Positions 1 to 11,070 of a DNA stretch of 64,000 bases are shown in pieces. The notes beneath the pieces are model-generated. The model did not search any database, was not told the origin of the DNA, and saw nothing but the letters and a program-made list of their open reading frames with translations. Each line of letters begins with the position of its first letter. Position 1 is the stretch's first letter. A program made the position numbers and the translations under genes. Source of the stretch: Carcharhinus longimanus (taxonomy: Eukaryota); NCBI GenBank assembly GCA_030264375.1, contig JASCQW010000119.1:56312408-56376407 (forward strand), read 5' to 3'.

Positions 1-87
1 GGGCATGGACAGAGTGGATAGTCAGAAGCTTTTTTCTGGGGTGGAAGAATCAATTACTAGGGGTAAGGTGCGAAGGGCAAAATTTAG
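1..87 (+). mobile_element. CR1 LINE ORF2 C-terminal/3' fragment
   Basis: ggacagagtggatagtcagaagcttttt...tcaattactaggggtaaggtgcga is typical of the end of CR1 ORF2; truncated by window start. Confidence 0.7.
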
Positions 88-220
88 AACATAAAACATA
101 GAACATACAGCACAATACAGGCCCTTTGGCCCTCGATGTTGTGCCAAACTTTGTCTGAAACCAAGATCAAACTATCCCACTCCCTATCATTCTGGTGTGT
201 TCCATGTGCCTATCCAATAC
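88..220 (-). mobile_element. CR1 LINE 3' tail fragment
   Basis: acatagaacatacagcacaatacaggccctttggccc is the reverse complement of the CR1 3' stem-loop plus (ttctatg)n-type tail. Confidence 0.7.
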
Positions 221-1143
221 ATACTCCAGACATGGCACATCGCCCAGGCGAACATCCAATATGAACACATTTGTGTACCACTGAGAAACTTGCATGATTT
301 AAAGAGTGCACAGAGTCTGGTTCATGAAACAAGCAGCTATTAATGCATGAGAACAGTGGGTCCCCAGAGGATCACTTGGGTAACTCACAGTCATACAGAA
401 TCATGCATGCAAATGCACTTATTGTCTGCTAAGAAAAAGGGGATGTTTGTACCTTTCTATCAATATGAAAATGGGAAAGGTTTGGTTTTAAAATTTAATC
501 AGTCTGATGTCATATCTGGCTTTATGTGACAATGCCACGAGGCTGTTTCTCTGGAGGCAGACACTTTAAGGGTTTCACTGAACAGTTCTGAGTGTGGTTG
601 GACAAGATGAGAAGAGGGAAATTTTAAATATCTTTCTAAAAATCTAATATTATTTGTATTTGTGTTTAACATTTGACTTCAAGTATTGTTTAACTTAAAG
701 TCTCATCCAGGGGCCTAAGTAGGGGGAGAGAATCTATCTACTGGCAGCAGCAGAAAGAGTTAATTAATTAAGGAAACTAGCTTGAACTTTTCTCTGCTGT
801 ACCTGGGCTCAGCTAGTCCCTTTCTTCAGAACAAATATATTCAGACACTTTCTTGATGACCAGCACTGAGTGCAGCTTTGGACAGAGCATGGACATTTGG
901 TGAGAAGAGGGGGTTTGATGAGGAGGGGAAGTCAATACTTTGCTTTTCTAACATTTTCACCCAGTGGAAATTTGTTTCTGTTGTTCGACAGAGGAGGAGG
1001 TGAGCTGTTAGTGAATATCTGGTGACTATCCAGTAAGTGGCCAAGATCTATTTTCCAAAGGTTTAAATTTGTCCTGCAGTTTGTGATAAGATTCATTAAT
1101 ATCCCAAAGAAGATAAATAATTGAATAATTAAAAATCATAAGT

Positions 1144-2245
1144 ATGACAGGATAAGTGATGTGTCAAAGCTATAGCATGTAGGAGTTCAGAGATACTGCT
1201 GTTATCCAGGGCAAGGACATCTGCAGTAAGTGTCTGCATCTTGAGGAGTTTTGGCTCAGTGTTTTGTTTTTATTAGTGTCACAAGTCAGCTTCTGACACT
1301 AACTCTTACATTAACACTGCAATGAAGTTACTGTGAAAATCCCCTAATCAGCACACTCCGGCACCTGTACACTGAGGGTGAATTTAGTATGGCCAATGCA
1401 GCTAACCAGCAAGTCTTTCAGACTTGTGGGAGGAAACCGGAGCACCCGGAGGAAACCCACCCATTCACAGGGAGAACGTGCAGACTCTGCACAGACAGTG
1501 ACCCAAGCCAAGAATTGAACACAGATCTCTAGCACTGTGAGGCTAACCAGTACTAACCACTGTGCCACCATGAGCTGCAAACACTGTGACACATCAGCGA
1601 GGGAGGCAGTTACCTGGAAGCTTTGTTTCAGGAGACAGTCATACCTCTTAGGATAGGATCTTCTGGTTTGGAAAGTGTCATGGATGAGGGGTGGGGGGAT
1701 GACTGCAGCTGAGGCAGGTAAGGGGACCCGGAGAACAGGAATGCAGGAGTGTCAGTTTCTGCAATTATCCAACAGGCTTGAGGCTCTTTCAGCTTGTTTG
1801 CGTGAGCGCGGGGACTGCAAGGTGGATGAGCTGATTGACCATGGCACTGTAGGACAGGAAACCATTCAAGCCAGGGCAGCACATAAGAAGGTAGTGGTAG
1901 TAGGGAAAGGATAGTGAGTGGAGATTGACACTGTTCTCTGTAGCAAGGAGTGAGACGCTGTGTTGCCTACCTGCTGCCAGGGTTCGAGACATCTGTTTTG
2001 GGTTGGAGAGGAACGTGTTGTGGGAAGGGGAGAATCCTGTTGTCATGCTCCATGTGGGTACCAATGACATAGGTTGAACAAGAGAAGAGATTCTGCATGG
2101 ACAGCTTGAGGAGCTCGGCACTAAATTAAACAACAAAACCTCCAAGATTATAATCTCTGGATTATTACCTGAGCCTTGTGCAAATTGGCATGGGATGCAT
2201 AAAATTAGAAAGGTTCAAAGACTGGAGTGGGAGAAATGGTTTTCA
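1144..2245 (+). pseudogene. Decayed CR1 ORF1 (N-terminal Cys motif plus SGNH esterase), interrupted by an HE1 SINE
   Basis: Translates MTG*VMCQSYSM*EF...ICSKCLHLEE, then VVVVG, CCLPAARVRDI, PVVMLHVGTNDIG and KIIISGLLPEP; several stops and frameshifts. Confidence 0.85.
1266..1572 (-). mobile_element. HE1-type V-SINE, tail B
   Basis: tRNA-like head, V-domain (ggaggaaaccggagcacccggaggaaaccc on +) and tail aacttcattgcagtgttaatgtaag...tgtgacactaata. Confidence 0.9.
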
Positions 2246-2254
2246 GTTCCAATT

Positions 2255-2958
2255 TTTTGAGGTGATAATGAGCAGGATAGATAAAGGGGAACCTGTGGAT
2301 GTAAAATATTTGCATTTCCAAAAAGCATGCAAACCAGCCTCCCATCCATTGACTCTGTCTACACTTCTCGCTGCCTTGGCAAAGCAGCCAGCATAATTAA
2401 GGATCCCATGCACCCCAGACATTCTCTCTTCCACTTTCTTTCTTCGAGAAAAAGATACAAAAGTCTGAGGTCACATACCAATTGACTCAAGAACAGCTTC
2501 TTCCCTTCTGCTGTCAGACATTTGAATGGACTTACCTTGCATTAAGTTGCTCTTTCTCTACACCCTAACACACTACATTCTGAACTCTTTCATTTCCTTC
2601 TCTATGAATGGCATGTTTTGTCCGTAGGGCACTCAAGAACAACATTTTCATTGTATGTTAATACATGTGACAATAATAAATCAAATCAAATCAAAACATT
2701 TGATAAGGAATTGCACAACAGGCTACTTAACAAAATAAGAACCCATGATGTTGGAGGTAGTGTATTCGCATGGATAGAGGATTGGTTAACTGACAGAAGA
2801 CAGAGAGTTGGGATAAGAGTGACATTTTCAGGATGGCAACCTGTAATTAGTGGAGCACCAGAGGGATCAATGCTAGAGCCAAAATTATTTACAGTATATA
2901 TTAATGACTTGGACAATGGAAGTGAATGTACTATTGCCAAGTTTGCGGATAACACAAG
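2255..2958 (+). pseudogene. CR1 ORF2 reverse-transcriptase fragment, interrupted by a Rex1 3' end
   Basis: FFEVIMSRIDKGEPVDVKYLHFQKA / FDKELHNRLLNKI...WIEDWLTDRRQRV...GAPEGSMLEPKLFTVYINDL...KFADNT (degenerate PQG and FADD motifs). Confidence 0.9.
2329..2692 (+). mobile_element. Rex1/Babar LINE 3' fragment
   Basis: Encodes SIIKDPMHPRHSLFHFL...KRYKSLRSHTN*LKNSFFPSAVRHLN (Rex1-type C-terminus); ends in (aaatc)n tail. Confidence 0.8.
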
Positions 2959-3598
2959 GTACCTCACAAAAGGTTAAGTCATAAGGTAAGAGCCCTTGGT
3001 GTTAGATGTAGTATATTGGCACGGTAGAGAATTGGCTAATGGGCAGGAAACAGTGAGTGGGGATAAGGGATTCTTTTTCAGGTTGGTCACCTGTAGCCAG
3101 TGGGGTTCCACAGGGATAAGTGCTGGGACATAACTGTTTTCAATATCTATTAATGAGGAAGGAAGCGAAAGTACAGTAGCCAAATTTGAAGATGACACAA
3201 AAATCAGTGGAAAGGCAAGTTGCAAGAGGGATGCAAACAGTTTACAAAGTGATATTGATAGGTTAAGTTGGTGGGCAAAAAAATTGACAAACCGGATAAT
3301 GTGGGAAAGTGTGAAGTTGTTCATTTTGGAAGGGAGAACAAAAGAACAGTATTATTTAAATAGAGAAAAACTGCATAAAACTGCAACACAAATGGAATTG
3401 GGAGTACTTGTGCACAAAACACAGGAAGCTAGACACAAGTGCAGCTGGTAATGGAATGTTGGCCCTTATTTCAAGGGGGTTGGAGTATAAGAGTAAGGAT
3501 GTCTTGCTGCAACTGCAAGGTATCGGTGAGACCACATCTAGGTACTGTGAGCAGTTTTGGTCCCCTCATTTAGGAAAGATATAATTTCATTGGAGGCA
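2959..3598 (+). pseudogene. Second CR1 RT fragment (different subfamily)
   Basis: SGVPQG*VLG, KFEDDTKISG, LQSDIDRL, EVVHFG and QFWSPH motifs with frameshifts. Confidence 0.85.
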
Positions 3599-4021
3599 TA
3601 TATTTGCATAGAATAATTTCAAGGCTAGTGACATTTATATCCAGCCAAGAGGTAAACAAATTATAGGCAGGAACTTACCACCTGCTTACATACATAGCCT
3701 ACTTTCTTTACTGCACATTTTAATATAAATGACACAGACATTAAAATTATGATATTCAAATATTAGGTTACAAATGAAGCTTTTGTCTGAATACTAGCGG
3801 ATGAGTGCTTAATCAATGCTTTCATATGATTTTCCTCTGTTTCTTGGTTTCACCTGTTAAAATAAATAGTTTCAGTTATGACATTACCAGTAGAGGAATG
3901 TGAATGGAACTGCATCATGTATCCATCCACTGTTACCAAATTATGTATTTTTGCCGAGGCTATGATTTGGCAATAGTCCCTTTTGAGACCCAATATTCTG
4001 ATTAAGGGGCTGAAGTGTCAG

Positions 4022-4571
4022 ATTGCTGATCAGCCTTTTGACTAAGATCAAGCCCAAGATGGGGTGCAATGTGTTATCTTGTCAGCTTGGATCCTGTTTG
4101 TTTCCCTTGTGGGCAGCACGGGAGCACAGTGGTTAGCACTGCTGCTTCACAGCTCCAGGGACCTGGGTTTGCTTCCTGGCTTGGGTCACTGTCTGTGTGG
4201 AGTTTGCACTTTCTCCTCGTGTCTGCATGGGTTTCCTCCAAGTGCTCCGGTTTCCTCTCACAGTCCAAAGATGTGCAGGTTAGGTTGATTGGCCATGCTA
4301 AAATTGTCCCTTACTGTCCTGGGATGCGTAGGTTAGAGGGGTTGGTGGGTAAAATATGTAGGGATATGGGGGTAGGGCCTGGGTGGGATTGTGGTCAGTG
4401 CCGACTCGATGGGTCGAAGGGCCTCTTTCTACACTGTATGGTTCTATGGTTGTGAGGACCATGAATTGGATTTTGAATTTGGTTTTTGGATCCAGCAAAA
4501 GGAATGGATTTGGGTTTGTTCAGTCCATTCTGAACATGGGCTTTGGAAATTTAAGGATGGAGTAAAAAAAA
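4022..4571 (+). pseudogene. Diverged U2 snRNA-derived retrocopy/element, split by the HE1 SINE at 4111-4450
   Basis: 4022-4052 attgctgatcagccttttgactaagatcaag matches the U2 5' end ATCGCTTCTCGGCCTTTTGGCTAAGATCAAG at 26/31. After the SINE, gaggac...ggtttttgga (Sm-site-like)...atggatttgggtttgttcagtccattctgaacatgggctttgg parallels the U2 3' half. Followed by A8. Confidence 0.75.
4111..4450 (+). mobile_element. HE1-type V-SINE, full length, CR1-type tail A
   Basis: gggcagcacgg..cacagtggttagcactgctg head, V-domain, gatgggtcgaagggcctc stem-loop and tatggttctatgg tail; possible TSD ttgtg. Confidence 0.93.
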
Positions 4572-5908
4572 TTAACATAAAACCTAAGTCATGAACCAAG
4601 AACATCCCAGTGCTGGTTAAAGTCTGAAGGGAAAGACAATTCCCAGTTTCAACAATGCCACTGACTAGTTTTTTTTTATTTGACTTTGTTGTATTTGAGT
4701 GGTGAGCCAGTCAAAATGCAGGAAGATCCAGTGACTCTTTTTTCTGATTGGAAAAGAACGAACTTTTAAATCCAAGTTGGGAAATCCAGAAAAGGAAACT
4801 GGCAGGGAAGCAATCAGTAGTAACAGTCAGTTTGGTATTCCTCAGAGAAAGGAGAAAAACTGACCTAGAAATTGGATCACACAGCGCCTATTTTTTTTTG
4901 GTGGGACAGAAGCTGTAATTGGTCCAATATGGCATATAGCATGCTTACAATCATTGTGTGCCAGACTCTCAAAAGTGTGGTCTAGGGAAACCCAAATCAT
5001 CTAGATTAGGAGACTTTAACAATCGCACCAAGTAGTACCTACCGTGCACACTTATTCAAAGTGAGTGAAATAGTTTCTTCAGGCCCTAATGTGCTTATAA
5101 GAAAAAAAAATCCTAGATTTGAACCTTTTAGAGTATTGTTGATGTCACAATAACTTTTCCATTTACTTGTTCGCATCATGTACCTTGCACTTCGTCTGTG
5201 TTCGTTACTTTTGTACTCGTTACAAAACTGTCTTAGCAATGCATTCACAGGCTAATTTAAATACAATCCACTAAACCGCCCTAATGCTCAGACCGTTCCT
5301 TACTAACATGCCTGAATACAATACAAAATGTATTAGGATCCACATGAGAGAATACTACGCTCAGCGTGTTATTCCTAGGCACTTGTGTTCCATTTTCAGA
5401 GTATGACTCTATAGTTCATTCAAGTGCAGTATATAAATGCACATCTATCTGCAATGGTTCACCGATTGCACTCAGTCTGTTGCTCGATTGCTATTANNNN
5501 NNNNNNTGCATGCACCAGCGGGCAGCCGCTCCAGTTGTCTTGTGTGATCCTGTTTTACCCTTTCCTGTTCGGATTCTCGAATATGTCTCCCCCCCCTTCC
5601 CCTCCCTCCACCCCCAAATTATCATTAAATTCGCTAATGACAGCTAAGGATGTTTACTAGCACAGGGCAGCGTTGCTGGCACTGTCAGCCTGTGCACGAA
5701 CATGGGAATGTGACTGCTGATTCGGTTTCTTGTAGACATCCCACATACCCTGAGCTGTAAGACTGCAGAGCCCTGCACAGCTCCGATTACAACTCCTTTA
5801 AATAGTAAACACTTTGACCTTCACTCAGAAGAAGCTTGCAGGATGGCTGAGCTTCTTTCTTCTTCTCCTTACTTAACACTTTAATGTTGTTTAAATAAAA
5901 TTCACAGC

Positions 5909-6101
5909 CAATTGAGGTTGTTATTGTAAGGGCTTTCATTCTTTTGAATTTGTTACTGTAGGGGGCATCGTTCAATTGAGGTTGTTATTGTGGGGACCTT
6001 CATTCAATTGATATTGTTACACTAGGGGCCGTCATTCAATCAACATTGTCACTGTAAAATACCATTATTTAATTTGCATGGTGGCTGAAGGAACCCTCCT
6101 T
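5909..6101 (+). repeat. Degenerate 32-bp minisatellite, 5-6 units
   Basis: caattgaggttgttattgtaagggctttcatt / cttttgaatttgttactgtagggggcatcgtt / caattgaggttgttattgtggggaccttcatt / caattgatattgttacactaggggccgtcatt / caatcaacattgtcactgtaaaataccattatt. Confidence 0.8.
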
Positions 6102-8749
6102 TAGCCAACGCTGAGAGGTTTAATTCATGCTAAAAATGCTAGCATTTTTGAAAATTATTATCACTCTCTTGTTGCACAGTTGCTGCTCGGTTCATCATTG
6201 TGTTGTATTTCTGGGACGAAATTTCAGATCAAAATCTAAAATTGTGCCATGCTGCCTAATCCTAGAGGCGAGAGGCGTCTCGAACCTGGGAGAATTCAAT
6301 TTCCCAGCCTAATCCATGGCACACGTACCTGATTGAGTATTCAAGTTTCCCACCTCGGGTGGCTGATGTAAATCCGTGGAAATGTTTCACGCAACACCTG
6401 GTAACATTCACAGGGCGACACCCGAAAATACACCCGAACAAAATCTGTCTCCCACATCGAGTTTCACTGTGGGGTCGCAATGGTACAATCTGCTTTGCAA
6501 TCAACACTTGCAAAGAAATTGTGTATAATAATGAAGGTTTTGTTTTAATGGCACGCTATCGAATTGTCTAATGTCTTGGATTGCCTGTTTTTGAATTACA
6601 TTTAATAATAAAAATGTTATTTTTTCCCCAAATACCTGTACTGGTTAACGTTTGGGCAGTTTACCTGCCAGTTTAAAAATGTGCACGGTCAGTAGATCTG
6701 TGATGGTTCTGTGGCCAAGCAAGAATGTTAGTAAATAGGCTATCATAATAAAAAAAAACAGGAATGAGATGGAGCTTTGGTTAAAAAGGGTTCGCGCATT
6801 TGTTACGTTATAGAGTTTAATTTCCTCTGATGGGATTGCATAATTTGATCATGTAAAGTTCCCTTATGCTCTTTCTTAACACCATCCAGTTAAAATAAAT
6901 AAGTTGTCAAGTGCATTAAATCGCGTGCAAAGACATTTATGTTGAGGGGCGCACTATCAAGGCAAACTCATCCACTCCACCTCAATGGCTTTCAACTGAG
7001 GGCCTACTTGCAGGTCCAAGGAAAGCGTTCTCTCCTGGTATCGCTGCTACATTTTCTCTCTCTACCCGGGNNNNNNNNNNNNNNNNNNNNNNNNNNNNNN
7101 NNNNNNNNNNTTGAATTTGGGTAGAGAAAGAGGAAAAAAAATGAAGTCAGGATTGATGAGCAGCAAGGCAACATGTTTCTGAGAATCTGGAATCCACCAA
7201 GTTCAAACACCTCAACAAATCTCCCAGTCCTGCATGCTTGCTGGAACCTGTATGCCATATTAGCACACCAACAATTAACACGTGGAATGTGTCGGTCTGC
7301 AATTTTAGCATTGTCCATTTACGTGTTTGAAGCTTCCTTTTGCAACCAGCAAATCAATTTCATTCGGAAAAGCGTTGTTTTCTAAATTGGTTGTGATCCC
7401 TCAGTTTGTTGATCGATTGCGATAGAACGCTTTAATATCCATTAATATAAAAAATAATAATCACAAAAACATGCAGTGAGAAACCCAGCTTGACAGAAAG
7501 CCCAGTAGAGAGACTGTTAAGGGGGCTGAAAGTAAATCTGTAACTGCGCCGATGAAGTTTATGGCCTAATAAATATTCAGTGCGATCTGGCTGTAATCTT
7601 ATCTCGATCATTTTCGGTAATGCTTGGTTTATTTGAAAACAGAGGATTATTTCCGCTTGTGTTGTTGTTCCTGGGAAGACGGCCTGAAGGGGCTGATCAG
7701 TTTACCCTGATTTTCCTTATATGGGAGGTGGCCCGCAGCCGCACTCATAGGCTGCCTGCTGCGACTCAAGTTAAAATCTAGGTGTGTTGCGAGCCTTGTG
7801 GCCAAAGCCTGTTTCTGGCATCGAACTTTTTTTGGGGGATAATACCGAGCCTGCACCATGGAGCTATTTCTGACGCCCAGCTGCCCATTTCCCGTGATGT
7901 TCCTCAGCGGTGAGCGAGGTGAGTGACGAACCTCGATTGGACTGAGTCTTGGGGTGGGTTGTAAAACGGCTTTCTCAGCTGCCTGCTTGAACTTGACCCT
8001 GCCGTGGCTCCAAAGTGTTGAAAAGCATTCGGAGTTTCGGTGCTGTACTGTTCTGGGGAGAGGGTGCTGGGGGGAGAATCGGATTTCATAATGGACAGCG
8101 AATTACGACAAAATGCACATTGTCCGCCTCACTTCACTCCACTGGGATCCACTTGCTGGGAATTTATTTTATTTTTGTTACATTGAACATTTCAGTCTAC
8201 CAATATCTTTTGTCACACACCAGAGAAAGGAAGGCCACACGATGATTCTCTCGAAATGTGTGTGTTGTGCTTAAGAAATCTTTGATGAGAAATAGTACTT
8301 TAGACGGGTATCACAGATGGAACAGGGCACAGTGTTAACATTGGTGAGGGAGACAGAGGATTCAGGTACTGATGAGGACTCAGTTTGCTATATGGTGATT
8401 TCTGTTGGTACAAGCCATCAGCATCAGTTTTGTCTGGCAATATATAGATGCTAATTCAAAGAGAAACCAAGCCACGCCGCAATAGACCCACTTGTCTGTT
8501 TCTTTGGGGGGGGGGGGGGGGGGGGNNNNNNNNNNNNNNNNNNNNNNNNNNNNNNNNNNNNNNNNNNNNNNNNNNNNNNNNNNNNNNNNNNNNNNNNNNC
8601 TGTGAAACCAGACACTGCGAGGATGCACATGACCAGCCTGAAGTTACTCTCCCTCCCGTTCCTCCCTGCGAAGGTTATGGGCCTCCGCTCAGCATCCATC
8701 CCCCGACAAAGCCCTGCCTCAGGTGTGAAAAAAAAACAGTCTGTCCCAT

Positions 8750-9059
8750 AGCATAACCAAGGACCCCCACGCACCCCGGACATTCTCCCCTCCACCTTCT
8801 CCCGTCGGGAAAAAAAAGATACAGAAGTCTGAGGTCACGTACCAAGCGACACAAGAACAGTTTCTTCCCTGCTGCTGTCAGACTTTTAAATGCACCTACC
8901 TTTGCATTAAGTTGATCTTTCTCTACACCCTAGCTATGACTGTAACACTACATCCTGCAGCCTCTCCTTTCCTTCTCTATGAACAGTATGCTTTGTCTGT
9001 ATCGGAACAATACTTTTCATTGAATACTAGTACATATGACAATAATAAATCAAATCAAA
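8750..9059 (+). mobile_element. Rex1/Babar LINE 3' fragment
   Basis: Same sequence as 2329-2692 (cacgcaccccggacattctc...aagaacagtttcttccctgctgctgtcagact...aataaatcaaatcaaa). Confidence 0.85.
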
Positions 9060-9707
9060 GGCTGCAAAAGTTGTTCATCGAATGCACTTGCATGATTGCG
9101 AATTTGAAGCGAAGCCTTTCGGTTTTTTTGCCCCCCGAAAGTAAATATTTAACAAGCGTTTAGACTAGTATTCAACCTCCCTTTCCCCTCCATGTCCAGA
9201 CACAGCGTTACTGTCGAGTTGGAAATATCTTCTCAATGTAGTTTAAAAGATACTCTGAAACTCCAGCTGTGATTTTATCAATGCAACTCGCAACTGAAAG
9301 GAACGAGTTGGAGGACGGAGCCTGTTTCTAAAAAAAGAATAAAGCGAAAGGAAATACGCCTAAATCCCGTCAGCTGAAAGAGAGAAGACAGATTCATGTT
9401 TTCATTTGGAGACCATTCACCCGATTTGGAACTTGCTTCTTTCGCACTTTGGGCTTTCTCTCTGGATACGGTGGGCTGAATCAACCAGGGTCTAACTGCA
9501 ATGGATCCCACGCTCCCAGTAAAAACAAAGCGGCACCGAACGGGAGCACAGGTCACCGAGAAAGACAGTGCACGGGACAGTGCACTGTGTCCCTGAGGTG
9601 GTGACTTGACATTGCTGAATTCACCTTCTAATTTCACTTCTATTTCGGAGTGGTCTTTATAAACACCGTGACCGCTTTTTGTAGCATTTGGAATTGCCAA
9701 TTGGTAA

Positions 9708-9879
9708 TCCAAAAATTTGCGGGTTAGGTGTATTGACCGTGTTAAATTGCCCCTTGGTGTCAGGGGGTTTAGCAGGACAAATACGTAGGTATGGAGCCTG
9801 GGTGGGATTGTTGTCGGTACAGCTCAATGGGTCGAATTGCCTCCTTCTTCTGTCCTGTAGAGATTCTATGATTCTATGA
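9708..9879 (+). mobile_element. HE1 V-SINE 3' half, tail A
   Basis: gggttaggtgtattgaccgtgttaaattgcccctt...gattctatgattctatga. Confidence 0.85.
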
Positions 9880-10999
9880 ATAATGATTAACCCGGGATAT
9901 CATTATCACTGATACTGAGAATCCAAGAACAATTTCATATTCTGTCAAGAGAGTCACTGATGGATAAAAATAAACCGATGACTTTTTGGTGTTGAGTGGC
10001 AGTCTACCAGTTGAAGTTCTGCGTAACAAAAGGCTGTTCGGGGTGGTCAAAGCGCATCATTACAATCACCGATGCGACTTGTCACCAAATTACTACCTAG
10101 GAACTAGTGAGATCTCTGGAGCAGGACCATCTGATCAGAGCTTTTCAAAACTGAGCAGTGTTTCTGCACCTGGTCACTAAACGGCACAAAGCCTATTATT
10201 TTGCTTAATTGAAAAAAGGGCTTCCGAATTAAAACTGGCTACCTGATACTAAATTACCGGAGAAAGCTGGAGCTTTTCTCTCTCTCTCTATCGTGCGGCT
10301 AGTATGTGACAGCTTCATTTAGCGCTTGGTAGTTGTGTAGTCGTTTATTAAATTGCAATGCAGGGGGAGAGAGAAAAAAAAACCCCGCTGTGCTGGAGAT
10401 TTGTGAACTATCATTTATTTTAATGAGGTTTTTTTTCTTAAATCAATAGATTGGAAGTAAAGATTTGCAGCCCCGTGGAGTACACAAGCATTCCACACTT
10501 TCTGTGGCGTGTTTGACTATTGAATAGTTTGTGGGTAATTCGAAATATATGTCACACGTACCTTGTTCCCAAACAGAGACTAAGGTGGTTCTTTCAAATC
10601 AGACTTCAGTATACTTGAGTGTTAAACGTAGTGGACAGCAAAAATTTCACCCGTGGAATTTAGTTTCTTTCAATTTATTCTTTCCTCTAACACAAATGAA
10701 TTTATACCTTGATGTTCATTTATTAAATCAAAGTAATTTGGCAACTGAACTTTAAAGCTTTCTCTGATTACACCCGACCCCCCCGAAACTAAATTAAAAG
10801 AGCTCCCGTCTGCAAATGATGCACATGCTTCATCCCTTCTGCCTGTTGAGTAATGGGCAGTGTTCTGCTAACTTCTGCAAATGTTCTGCTAACTTTGGCC
10901 ATGTCCTCTCACAAGATTGCTTCTCAAACCACGCAAAACCAAAACAAAAACACGTGGGCCTCGGTGAAGACAAATCAAACAGGCTTCCACTGCAAAAAT

Positions 11000-11070
11000 A
11001 AAGTTTCAACTTTATTTATTAGTGTCGCAAGTAGGCTTACGTTGACGCTGCAATGAAGTTACAGTGAAAA
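11000..11070 (-). mobile_element. HE1 tail B fragment
   Basis: tttatttattagtgtcgcaagtaggcttacgttgacgctgcaatgaagttacagtgaaaa. Confidence 0.8.

Noticed and set aside
4064-4455. Recurrent ORFs such as AQWLALL..GHCLCGVCTFS and LSVWSLH
   Set aside because: Translations of HE1 SINE copies, not a protein family.
5909-6101. Regularly spaced ~32-bp units resembling a CRISPR-like array
   Set aside because: Units are contiguous degenerate tandem copies without unique spacers; no cas genes; vertebrate context.
9555-9600. ggacagtgca repeats resembling a REST/RE1 site
   Set aside because: Only the right half-site is present; the TTCAGCACC half is missing.
9278-9712. 144-aa minus-strand ORF
   Set aside because: Non-ATG start at a SINE edge, no recognisable domain or exon structure.
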